Shown here in pieces: positions 8,303-18,221 of a stretch of 64,000 bases of DNA. Made by a program: the position numbers and the translations under genes. The first letter of the stretch is position 1. Each line of letters begins with the position of its first letter. A model generated the notes under the pieces. That model had not been told where the DNA came from. It saw only the letters and a list, made by a program, of their open reading frames with translations, and did not search any database. Location of the stretch: NCBI GenBank assembly GCA_965237935.1, contig OZ250168.1, forward strand, positions 464,218 through 528,217, given 5' to 3'. This stretch comes from Dehalococcoidia bacterium (GTDB lineage: Bacteria; Chloroflexota; Dehalococcoidia; Lucifugimonadales; CBDEGW01).

Positions 8303-9277
8303 TTGAAGCGCCTCCAGATCGACGTATACCTGAGTGACCAGGGCGTCCTCCATACGATGGCGGAAGATGTCCGACGGGGCCTCACCGCCACACCCAAAAC
8401 TCTGCCACCCAAGTACTTCTACGACGCAGAGGGCTCCGACCTCTTCGAGTGTATTACAGAGCTCCCCGAATATTATCCGACCCGAACTGAAAGAGGACTC
8501 CTGGCCTCCGTTGCCGAGGAGATCATGGGCCAGGTGTGTCCACGGGAACTGGTGGAGGTGGGCTCCGGCTCCTCTTCCAAGACACGCCTGCTGCTGGACT
8601 CCCGTAACGGCGCAGACACCCTGGCCCTCTACTTACCATTCGATATCAGCGAGGAGATGCTCCGCGCCTCTGCCGCTTCTCTGTTGGAGGAGTATCCGTC
8701 TCTCCACGTCCGGGGCGTCGTCGGAGCTTTTGAGCAACATCTTGACAACCTTCCACCACCCACAGGCCGCCGTCTGGTGGCCTTCCTGGGAAGCACCATA
8801 GGAAACCTGGACCCACCTCAACGTCACCTCCTCCTCCTTGAGTTGAGGGGTCTTCTGGAGCCCGACGGCAGGCTGCTTCTAGGCGTTGACCTGGTGAAGG
8901 ACGTCTCCATCCTGGAGGCGGCGTACAACGATTCAGCCGGAGTCACGGCCCAGTTCAATCGCAACATCCTGCGGGTGGTCAACCGTGGCCTGCAGGCCGA
9001 TTTCCAGCCTGATGCCTTCCAGCACCAGGCCTTCTTCAACCGGGAAGAGGCCCGCATCGAGATGCATCTAAGGCCGGTGTCGCCCCAGACCGTTCAGGTA
9101 AGGGACCTGGGGTTGACTATCGAGGTTACGCCCGAAGAGACCATATGGACCGAAAGCTCCTACAAATTCACCCATGATTCCGTCGCCGCCATGTTCCGGG
9201 ATGCGGGCCTAACCCTGGAGCGCTGGTACACCGACGCCGATAACCTGTTTGGGCTGGCCCTGGCGTCGCCGGCGTAG
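8303..9277 (+). CDS. egtD: L-histidine N-alpha-methyltransferase (ergothioneine biosynthesis EgtD)
   Basis: 324 aa, TTG start. RRGLTATPKTLPPKYFYDAEGSDLFECITELPEYYPTRTE is the characteristic EgtD N-terminal signature. Confidence 0.85.
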   Translation: MKRLQIDVYLSDQGVLHTMAEDVRRGLTATPKTLPPKYFYDAEGSDLFECITELPEYYPTRTERGLLASVAEEIMGQVCPRELVEVGSGSSSKTRLLLDSRNGADTLALYLPFDISEEMLRASAASLLEEYPSLHVRGVVGAFEQHLDNLPPPTGRRLVAFLGSTIGNLDPPQRHLLLLELRGLLEPDGRLLLGVDLVKDVSILEAAYNDSAGVTAQFNRNILRVVNRGLQADFQPDAFQHQAFFNREEARIEMHLRPVSPQTVQVRDLGLTIEVTPEETIWTESSYKFTHDSVAAMFRDAGLTLERWYTDADNLFGLALASPA

Positions 9278-9312
9278 CTTCACGGGCGGGTAGGTAGGAA
9301 ATAAGCGGTTGG

Positions 9313-10635
9313 CTACAAAGCTACGGTCCGGAAGCCCGCGAAGACGTTGCGCCGGTCCGGGGTGTAGAAGTTGCGCCAGGTGTTGCGAATGAGGCGGGAG
9401 CGAGTGGCCCAGCACCCTCCTCGTAGCACCCTCTGCCCTCCGAAAGAAGGCTCTGAATACTCCCTGTACGGATCCGCCACAAACCCTGGGTAGGGCCTAA
9501 AGGTGTCTGCGGTCCACTCCCAGACGTTGCCCATCATCTGGCGGCACCCAAAGGCGCTATCCCCGGCAGCCAGGGCGCGAACGTCCACGCAGTCCATGTT
9601 GGCCGCGTCAAGGTTGGCCCTTTCGGGCGTTGGTGGCTCATCGCCCCAGGGGTACCTTCGCTTGCGCCGTGATATGCCGAGGCCATCAGGCGTCGGCTCA
9701 GCGCTGGCGGCGGTTTCCCATTCAGCCTCGGTGGGCAGGCGCCGACCCGCCCACGCACAGTATGCGTCGGCCTCATACCAGTTGACGTGGATTACGGGGT
9801 TGTCAGGCTCCACCGGTACCAGGGTATCGAAGCGACACCGGTACCATCTTCCATCTGAGCCCCGCTGCCAATAGGCCGGATGCTCGGCCTTCTCTAGGGT
9901 GAGCCACTCCCAACCCTCATCGCTCCAGAGCTCCCGCTGTCGGTAACCACCCGACTCCACAAAGGCCTGGAACTGGGCGTTGGTCACCGGCGTGGCAGAG
10001 ATACGGAAGGGCGCTACCTCCACAGGATGTGCCCACTTCTCGTTGTCGAAGACAAAGGGGATGTCCGGGGTCGCCCCCAGAAGAAAGGCGCCGCCGGGTA
10101 TCTCCACATCGTGGGGTTCAAAATCAGGGTCTACCAGGACATCGGTCCCGTTGCGCCCGATAGAGGAGAGCGAGGGGCAGGGGTACCCCAGGGTCTGCCT
10201 TATGTGGGTCATGGTCTCGGTGTGCATATCCTCATGACAGATGACCAGGCGGTAGAAGTACATCTCCTCCTCGGTGGGCTCCCTGGAATCCAGCCGGCGA
10301 ATGCACTGCTCCAGCACGTCGCTAATGTACTCCAGAGTCTCCTGCCTAGTGGGGTATGACGGCGCCCATCTGCGGGCGTTGGGAATGATAAAGGAGTCGT
10401 AGAGGGAATCGGCGTAGCCCCGCAGCGATTCCGCATTGTCCAGGTTCCGCAGTATCCACTTCTCCTGGAACCAGCCAACGTGGCCCATCTCCCAAATGAG
10501 AGGTTCGATTACCGGCATGGGAGGGCCCAGCAGCTGCTCATCGGTCAGCCCGGATAGCAGCTCCAGCTCCCGAGTGCGAGCATCTGCCAGTTGTTGAATC
10601 AGCTCCGCGGCCGTAGTTGGGGTCGTAAGGTTCAC
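9313..10635 (-). CDS. egtB: hercynine sulfoxide synthase EgtB (DinB_2 + FGE-sulfatase domains)
   Basis: 440 aa, GTG start after AAGGAGG. DinB-like N-terminal half, then an FGE-type C-terminal half ending GNVWEWT .. RGG.W. Confidence 0.85.
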   Translation of the reverse strand: MNLTTPTTAAELIQQLADARTRELELLSGLTDEQLLGPPMPVIEPLIWEMGHVGWFQEKWILRNLDNAESLRGYADSLYDSFIIPNARRWAPSYPTRQETLEYISDVLEQCIRRLDSREPTEEEMYFYRLVICHEDMHTETMTHIRQTLGYPCPSLSSIGRNGTDVLVDPDFEPHDVEIPGGAFLLGATPDIPFVFDNEKWAHPVEVAPFRISATPVTNAQFQAFVESGGYRQRELWSDEGWEWLTLEKAEHPAYWQRGSDGRWYRCRFDTLVPVEPDNPVIHVNWYEADAYCAWAGRRLPTEAEWETAASAEPTPDGLGISRRKRRYPWGDEPPTPERANLDAANMDCVDVRALAAGDSAFGCRQMMGNVWEWTADTFRPYPGFVADPYREYSEPSFGGQRVLRGGCWATRSRLIRNTWRNFYTPDRRNVFAGFRTVAL

Positions 10636-10738
10636 GGCGCCTCCTTGCCGCCCTCAGCAGCTACCGAGTTCCCTCTCCTCCGCCCCTTGACGTGGTAATA
10701 GATGCGCCCGGAGGCCCTTGGGTTCCGCATCGCTCCTC

Positions 10739-11836
10739 TTATTCGGAACCTTGACTTTTGGGCTGGGCTAGCAGAGCGTGGCAGAAGCGGGCTGTGTCCA
10801 CCAGGTCGGGTATGGGCACGTACTCCCGGGTGGTGTGCATCTCCCTGGTGGACATCCCCACCACAACGCACTGTATGCCGTGACGGTTGAAGATGTTGGC
10901 GTCGGTACCGCCTCCCGAGGGCACTACGCTGGGCTGAAGCCCCAGGGTAGGCAGGACGCCGCTTACCCGCAGCACCATGGGGTCGTCTGGCGATAGGGAG
11001 TACATCTCGAACTCCACCTTTATTTCGTCGTCGATGGAAGCCTCGTGGTACTTTTGCCTGGCCGCCTCCAGAATGTCTACGACCTTGAGGCGCAGCAGGT
11101 CCAGGGTCTCGATATTCCTGCTGCGAAACTCTCCGGAGAAGGAGGCCAGCTCCGGCACGGCGTTGCGCACGGACCCACCAGAGATAGTGCCCACATTGAA
11201 GGTGGTCTCCTCATCCAGGCGACCCTGGGGAAACTGGGAGATAATGTCCGTGGCGATGCTGATGGCCGAAAGCCCCTTCTCAGGCTCGACGCCGGCGTGG
11301 GCGGCGCGGCCCGTAACGTGTACATCGAAGCTCATGTAGGTGGGGCTGGCCGAGGTAATCTTACTGACGGGGCCATTGCCATCGAAGACCACGCCCTCCC
11401 CTGCCCGCACCAGAGAGAAGTCCAGGTTCCGCGCCCCCACCAGGCCGATCTCCTCTCCACGAGTGAACACTAGCTGGACGGGTATCCTCTGGGCGCCCTC
11501 CTCCTGAATGGACTGCAGACCCTCCAGGATGGCGGCGATGCCCGCTTTGCAGTCTCCCCCTAGGATGGTGGTGCCGTCGGAGACTATGCGGTCATCTTCG
11601 ATGCGAGGCTTTATACCGCGGCCCGGCTCCACCGTGTCCATGTGGGACGAGAGCAGCAGGGGAGCGTCCCCCTCCTCCGACGCTATAAGGTTGCCATGCT
11701 GGTCCCGCTGGATGGTGAAGCCCAGGGCCACCAGGCGGGCCTGAAGCTCCTGGGCCACGGCCTCCTCCTCTCCGGAGGGGCTATCGATGCGCACCAGGTC
11801 GCAGAAGGTGTTTACCAGTCTGTCGCGGTTGATCAT
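10739..11836 (-). CDS. M20-family metallopeptidase (PepT-like)
   Basis: 365 aa. LVRIDSPSGEE .. LLLSSHMDTVEPG .. GGDCKAG motifs. 4-nt ATGA overlap with the upstream gene. Confidence 0.8.
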   Translation of the reverse strand: MINRDRLVNTFCDLVRIDSPSGEEEAVAQELQARLVALGFTIQRDQHGNLIASEEGDAPLLLSSHMDTVEPGRGIKPRIEDDRIVSDGTTILGGDCKAGIAAILEGLQSIQEEGAQRIPVQLVFTRGEEIGLVGARNLDFSLVRAGEGVVFDGNGPVSKITSASPTYMSFDVHVTGRAAHAGVEPEKGLSAISIATDIISQFPQGRLDEETTFNVGTISGGSVRNAVPELASFSGEFRSRNIETLDLLRLKVVDILEAARQKYHEASIDDEIKVEFEMYSLSPDDPMVLRVSGVLPTLGLQPSVVPSGGGTDANIFNRHGIQCVVVGMSTREMHTTREYVPIPDLVDTARFCHALLAQPKSQGSE

Positions 11837-12627
11837 GGGGTGCCTCCCCCTTCCTTACGCGCCTCCACATCGGCGACCTCCTGCAGCTCCTCCTGCATAC
11901 GCCTGATGCCGTAGCGGCGGAAGGACTCCGCGTACTGGTAGGGGAGGCCGTTCTCCTTGGCGGTTCGCCCGAACCAGGCCTTTATCCCCCGGGCGAAACC
12001 CTCCTCGCCTCCTCGGCTCTCCACCCAGTCCTGTAGCTGGCTCTTGTGAGCCAGCAGCGCCTGGATCTTCAGGTCGATGACGTCGTCGATGTTGATGAAG
12101 GTATCGGACTTCTCCTGGGAGCCCCAGAAGAAGAGCTCGTCCACGTTGTGGCCCGAGAGCCCCTGCGCTATGTGCTCCGGGTAGTGGAGGCGGTCCCGAG
12201 CGTAGGGGAAAACTGCATCCGAGGTTACCAGCCCGGCGATGCGATGGTCTCGATGGATGTAGAAGGAGGTGCGGAAGGGGTCCGTGGTAAAGGCGATGTC
12301 CGGCTTGAGCCTTCGGATGTGGTAAACCAGCTGGCTACGGAAGGCGTGGTCGTCCTCCAGCTCGCCATCGCCAAAGTCAAGGAAGACCACCTCCGACACG
12401 CCGAGGATTTGGGCGGCACGCCGCTGCTCCTCCTCCCGCGCGGACCGCAGGTACTCCGCGGACATATCCGTCTCCCTACCACCCTTGTCGCCGTTGGTGG
12501 CTACCAGATAGAAGACCTCTTTGCCGGCCTTCACCAGTTGCGCCACCGTTCCAGCGCAGCCGAACTCGGCATCGTCAGGATGGGGAGTAACCACCAGCGC
12601 TCGCTGGACCGGCTCTAAGGCCTCCAT
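11833..12627 (-). CDS. PIG-L/LmbE family N-acetylglucosaminyl deacetylase
   Basis: 264 aa. ALVVTPHPDDAEFGCAGT zinc-binding motif typical of the LmbE/BshB family. Confidence 0.8.
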   Translation of the reverse strand: MEALEPVQRALVVTPHPDDAEFGCAGTVAQLVKAGKEVFYLVATNGDKGGRETDMSAEYLRSAREEEQRRAAQILGVSEVVFLDFGDGELEDDHAFRSQLVYHIRRLKPDIAFTTDPFRTSFYIHRDHRIAGLVTSDAVFPYARDRLHYPEHIAQGLSGHNVDELFFWGSQEKSDTFINIDDVIDLKIQALLAHKSQLQDWVESRGGEEGFARGIKAWFGRTAKENGLPYQYAESFRRYGIRRMQEELQEVADVEARKEGGGTP

Positions 12628-12718
12628 AGGTCCCTCTCTTTGGCGGATTGATGCGCCACCAATGTTAGCAAATACGTATGCACCTTGCTACCGGCAACAT
12701 TGTGCTTTTTTTCACCCT

Positions 12719-12782
12719 TTGACATCGTCTATTATGGGTGCTATACTGGCGTCAAGGATTGTTGACCAAAAAGGTCAACAAT
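12719..12782 (+). promoter_or_regulatory. suf operon promoter plus perfect palindromic operator
   Basis: TTGACA (12719..12724), 17-nt spacer, TATACT (12742..12747). Followed by ATTGTTGACC-aaaaa-GGTCAACAAT (12758..12782), a perfect 10-bp inverted repeat. Confidence 0.55.
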
Positions 12783-12796
12783 TATGAGGGAGGGTT

Positions 12797-14257
<1,461 letters not shown>

Positions 14258-15064
14258 ATGAGCGGCCTGGCGAAGAATAACAGTACCCCCATGCTGGTGG
14301 TACGGGACCTCCATGTGTCCGTTGCCGACGCGGAGATATTGAAGGGCGTGAACCTGACGGTCAATGCCGGCGAAGTGCACGCCATTATGGGGCCCAACGG
14401 CTCAGGCAAAAGCACCCTGACCAATACGCTGGCTGGAAGGCCCGAATACACTGTTACCTCTGGAGAAGTCCTGTATGAAGGCCGAAACCTCCTGAAGATG
14501 CCCCCGGAGGAGCGCGCCAGAAAGGGGCTCTTCCTGGCCTTTCAGTACCCCGTGGAGCTGCCGGGGGTGCGCTACTGGCAGTTCATGAAGTCCGCCGTAG
14601 ACGCCCTCCGCACGCACCGAGGCGAGGAGGAGACGGAGGTCCGGGCCTTCAACAAGCTGTTCGAGGATAAGGTAAAGCAGATGGAGATTGAACCAGCGCT
14701 TATGAAGCGCTCCGTCAACGAGGGGTTCTCCGGAGGCGAGAAGAAGCGCAGCGAGGTTCTCCAGATGGCGCTCCTGGACCCAAAGCTGGCCCTATTGGAT
14801 GAGACCGATTCCGGCCTGGATATCGACGCCCTTAAGACGGTGGCTAAAGGTGTCAACCGCCAGCGAAGCCCCTCCAATGCAATTGTGGTGGTTACTCACT
14901 ATCAGCGCATTCTCGACTACATCACCCCGGACCATGTTCACGTGCTCATAGACGGTCGTATCGTCCAGTCCGGAGGCTCGGAGCTGGCCCTGGAGCTGGA
15001 GTCCAAAGGGTACGACTGGGTCAGGGACTCAATAGAGAGCGGAGCGCCGGCAGGCGCCTCCTAG
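14258..15064 (+). CDS. sufC: Fe-S cluster assembly ATPase SufC
   Basis: 268 aa. Walker A GPNGSGKST, ABC signature FSGGEKKR, Walker B LALLDETDSGLD. Confidence 0.95.
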   Translation: MSGLAKNNSTPMLVVRDLHVSVADAEILKGVNLTVNAGEVHAIMGPNGSGKSTLTNTLAGRPEYTVTSGEVLYEGRNLLKMPPEERARKGLFLAFQYPVELPGVRYWQFMKSAVDALRTHRGEEETEVRAFNKLFEDKVKQMEIEPALMKRSVNEGFSGGEKKRSEVLQMALLDPKLALLDETDSGLDIDALKTVAKGVNRQRSPSNAIVVVTHYQRILDYITPDHVHVLIDGRIVQSGGSELALELESKGYDWVRDSIESGAPAGAS

Positions 15065-15086
15065 CCTGGGAGCCTGCGGAGCCAGT

Positions 15087-16436
15087 ATGACTCAAGTCTT
15101 GGCAAAGGAAGATAGGTATCACGCGGATTTTAGAGCCCTTGAGGCGAGCCTGCCGGGCGGCCAGCCCGAGTGGCTGACCCAGGTGCGCCAGCAGGCCTGG
15201 ACCCGCTTCTCCGAAGTGGGGTTTCCCACGGCCAGGCGAGGCAACGAGGAGTGGAAGTACACCAGCGTCGCTCCCATAGCCAACGCCACCTTCGAGCACC
15301 CCTCTGACGCAACCCCAGGCCAGGTCAGCGCCGCCGATGTACGCCGACTAGCCCCCTGGGACGATGACTGGATAAACCTGGTCTTCGTCAATGGCCGTTA
15401 CTCCGAGGCCCTTTCGGCGACGCCCGTCGTGCCTAACGGCATCGTGGTTAAGAGTCTGGCCGAGGCTGTCATGGCAGACCGCGACCTGCTGGAAGAGCAC
15501 CTCTCGCGCCATGCACTCGTGGAGGCCAACGGGTTCATCGCCCTGAACACCGCCTTCCTCCAGGACGGGGCCTTTGTTCACGTCCCGGATGATCACGTCT
15601 CCACCAACCCTCTGCATCTGCTCTTTCTCACGACGGAAAGAGGCCGTCCCACCGCTTCACACCCGAGGACGCTCATAGTGACCGGCAGACGCAGCAAGCT
15701 GGCGGTCGTCGAGAGCTACGTCACCCTTTCAGAGGCCTCCTATTTCACCAATGCGGTTGCGGAGATAGAGCTGGGAGAGGGCGCCCAGGTTGAGCATTAC
15801 AGGCTTCTCATGGACAGCCCCGTCGCCTTTCACGTGGGGACGACCAGGGTGCATCAGAGCCAGGACAGCGCCTTCTCCTCAACCTCTTTCGCCATGGCCT
15901 CGGCCTTGGCCAGGAACGACCTCCATGTGATGCTGGATGCGCCCGGAAGCTCCTGCTCCCTCAACGGCCTGTACCTGACTGCTGGCACGCAGCACATCGA
16001 CAACCATATTGGCATAACCCATGCCAAGCCCCACACTACCAGCCACCAGTACTACAAAGGCATCCTTGGCGGAAAGTCCAGGGCCGTCTTCAGCGGAAAG
16101 GTGGTGGTGCAACCCGATGCCCAGAAGGCTTGGGCCCGGCAGACCGACCGAAACCTCCTCCTGTCGGAGGGGGCCGAGGCGGACTCCTCGCCCAGCCTGG
16201 AAATCTTAGCCGACGACGTAAACTGCACTCACGGGGCCACGACGGGCCAGATAGACGAAGATACCCTCTTCTACATGAGGAGCCGTGGCCTGGACCTGGA
16301 GACGGCCAAGGGCATGCTGATCAACGCCTTCGCCAGCGAGATCATCGATACCGTTACCCTGGCGCCCCTTCGAGCCTACCTGGAGAGGTGGATTTCTGAA
16401 GCCCTTCCAAGCCTGCAAAACGAGGCGACCTTATGA
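15087..16436 (+). CDS. sufD: Fe-S cluster assembly protein SufD
   Basis: 449 aa, SufB/D-fold C-terminal half (..DVNCTHGATTGQIDED.LFY..RG). Position between sufC and sufS. Confidence 0.9.
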   Translation: MTQVLAKEDRYHADFRALEASLPGGQPEWLTQVRQQAWTRFSEVGFPTARRGNEEWKYTSVAPIANATFEHPSDATPGQVSAADVRRLAPWDDDWINLVFVNGRYSEALSATPVVPNGIVVKSLAEAVMADRDLLEEHLSRHALVEANGFIALNTAFLQDGAFVHVPDDHVSTNPLHLLFLTTERGRPTASHPRTLIVTGRRSKLAVVESYVTLSEASYFTNAVAEIELGEGAQVEHYRLLMDSPVAFHVGTTRVHQSQDSAFSSTSFAMASALARNDLHVMLDAPGSSCSLNGLYLTAGTQHIDNHIGITHAKPHTTSHQYYKGILGGKSRAVFSGKVVVQPDAQKAWARQTDRNLLLSEGAEADSSPSLEILADDVNCTHGATTGQIDEDTLFYMRSRGLDLETAKGMLINAFASEIIDTVTLAPLRAYLERWISEALPSLQNEATL

Positions 16437-17701
16437 CGGGGGCCACACCAACCAGAGACCAGCGTGCCTCTGAAAAGCGCGCCTTTGACGTAGCCAGAAT
16501 CAGGGAGGATTTTCCCATCCTGAAGCAGCAGGTCCACGGAAAACCCCTGGTCTACCTGGACAGCGCCGCCACCAGCCAGAAGCCCCAGATGGTCATCGAT
16601 ACCCTCGTCCGGTACTACACCTCGGAGAACTCCAACGTCCACCGGGGCGTCCACTACCTGAGCGAGCGGGCCACCTTGGAGTATGAAGGCGCCCGCACCA
16701 AGATAAAACAGTTCCTCAACGCCTCGGAGGAGCGCGAGATCGTCTTCGTGCGGGGCACCACCGAGGGCATCAACCTGGTGGCCAACTCCTTTGGCCGGCA
16801 AAACATCGGAGAAGGCGACGAGATCATCATCTCTGCCATGGAGCACCACTCCAACATCGTCCCCTGGCAGATCCTGTGCCAGGAGCGGGGGGCCTTCCTG
16901 CGGGTCATTCCCATTAACGACGACGGCGAGCTGCTGGTGGAGGAGTACGAGAAGCTCCTCAGCTCTCGGACCAAGCTAGTCTCCATTGTTCACGTGTCCA
17001 ACGCCCTGGGGACCACCAACCCCATCCAGCGCATCACGGAGATGGCCCACAGCCAGGGGGTGCCGGTGCTGGTGGACGGCGCCCAGTCGGCGGCCCACTT
17101 GCCCATAGACGTCCAACAGTTGGGGTGCGACTTCTTCGTCTTCTCCGGCCACAAGCTCTTCGGGCCCACGGGCATCGGGGCCCTGTATGGCAGAGCCGAC
17201 CTGCTGGAGTCCATGCCACCCTATCAGGGCGGCGGCGACATGATAAAGTCCGTTAGCTTCGAGAAGACCATCTACAACGCCCTACCCTACAAGTTCGAGG
17301 CTGGCACGCCCCACATCGCGGGGGTTATCGGACTGGGCGCAGCCATAGATTACGTCACGGAGATTGGGCTGGACCGCATAAGCGAGTACGAGCACCAGCT
17401 CCTTGAATACGGCACTCAGCGCCTCTCGGAGATCAGCACTCTCAGGATAATTGGAACGGCCAGGGAGAAGGCCAGCATCCTCTCCTTTGTCATGGAGGGC
17501 GCGCACCCCCACGACATAGGCACTATCCTGGACTCCGAGGGCATTGCCATTCGCACCGGCCACCACTGTACTCAGCCCCTCATGGACCGGTATGGGATTC
17601 CCGCCACCGCCAGGGCCTCTCTGGCCTTCTACAACACCAGGGAGGAGATAGACGCCCTGGTCAAGGGTATAGACAAGGTGCATGAGGTCTTTGGGTTATG
17701 A
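16433..17701 (+). CDS. sufS: cysteine desulfurase SufS (class V aminotransferase)
   Basis: 422 aa. FSGHKLFGPTGIG PLP-lysine motif and RTGHHCTQP active-site Cys loop. Confidence 0.95.
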   Translation: MTGATPTRDQRASEKRAFDVARIREDFPILKQQVHGKPLVYLDSAATSQKPQMVIDTLVRYYTSENSNVHRGVHYLSERATLEYEGARTKIKQFLNASEEREIVFVRGTTEGINLVANSFGRQNIGEGDEIIISAMEHHSNIVPWQILCQERGAFLRVIPINDDGELLVEEYEKLLSSRTKLVSIVHVSNALGTTNPIQRITEMAHSQGVPVLVDGAQSAAHLPIDVQQLGCDFFVFSGHKLFGPTGIGALYGRADLLESMPPYQGGGDMIKSVSFEKTIYNALPYKFEAGTPHIAGVIGLGAAIDYVTEIGLDRISEYEHQLLEYGTQRLSEISTLRIIGTAREKASILSFVMEGAHPHDIGTILDSEGIAIRTGHHCTQPLMDRYGIPATARASLAFYNTREEIDALVKGIDKVHEVFGL

Positions 17702-18150
17702 CTGACCTTGACGAGCTCTACCAGGACATAATCATCGAGCACTACGCCAAGCCCCGCAACTTCCGGAAGCTGGAGGATGCGAACCACACCATGGAGGGCT
17801 ACAATCCCCTCTGCGGAGACAGGATCACCCTCTACCTGAAGGTGGACGGCGGCGTCATCACCGACGTTGGGTTTCAGGGCTCGGGCTGCGCCATCTCCCG
17901 GGCCTCGGCCTCCATGATGACCCAGAGCGTAAAGGGCAGGAGCAAGGCGGAGGCGCAGGAGCTATTCGACGCCTTCCACAAGATGATCACACGAGAGCCC
18001 GGCACGGACTTCGATTCCGAGAAGCTGGAGGACCTGGGAGTCCTCTCCGGCGTAGTCGACTTCCCCGTAAGAGTCAAGTGCGCCAGCCTATCCTGGCACA
18101 CCCTTCGGGCGGCCCTTGAGGGATCAGACGAGCCCGTCACCACTGAGTAG
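17698..18150 (+). CDS. sufU: SUF-system NifU/IscU-like scaffold SufU
   Basis: 150 aa. YNPLCGD .. GSGCAIS .. KCASLSW three-Cys pattern. Confidence 0.9.
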   Translation: MTDLDELYQDIIIEHYAKPRNFRKLEDANHTMEGYNPLCGDRITLYLKVDGGVITDVGFQGSGCAISRASASMMTQSVKGRSKAEAQELFDAFHKMITREPGTDFDSEKLEDLGVLSGVVDFPVRVKCASLSWHTLRAALEGSDEPVTTE

Positions 18151-18159
18151 GTTTTCCCG

Positions 18160-18186
18160 TTCGTCCTGAGCTTGTCGAAGGACGAA
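18160..18186. terminator. hairpin between the convergent suf operon and ndh
   Basis: TTCGTCCT (18160..18167) pairs with AGGACGAA (18179..18186): 8-bp stem, 11-nt loop, no clear U-tract. Confidence 0.35.
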
Positions 18187-18221
18187 TCGCTGGGTAGCAC
18201 CCGCCCAGTACCCAAGTCTCC

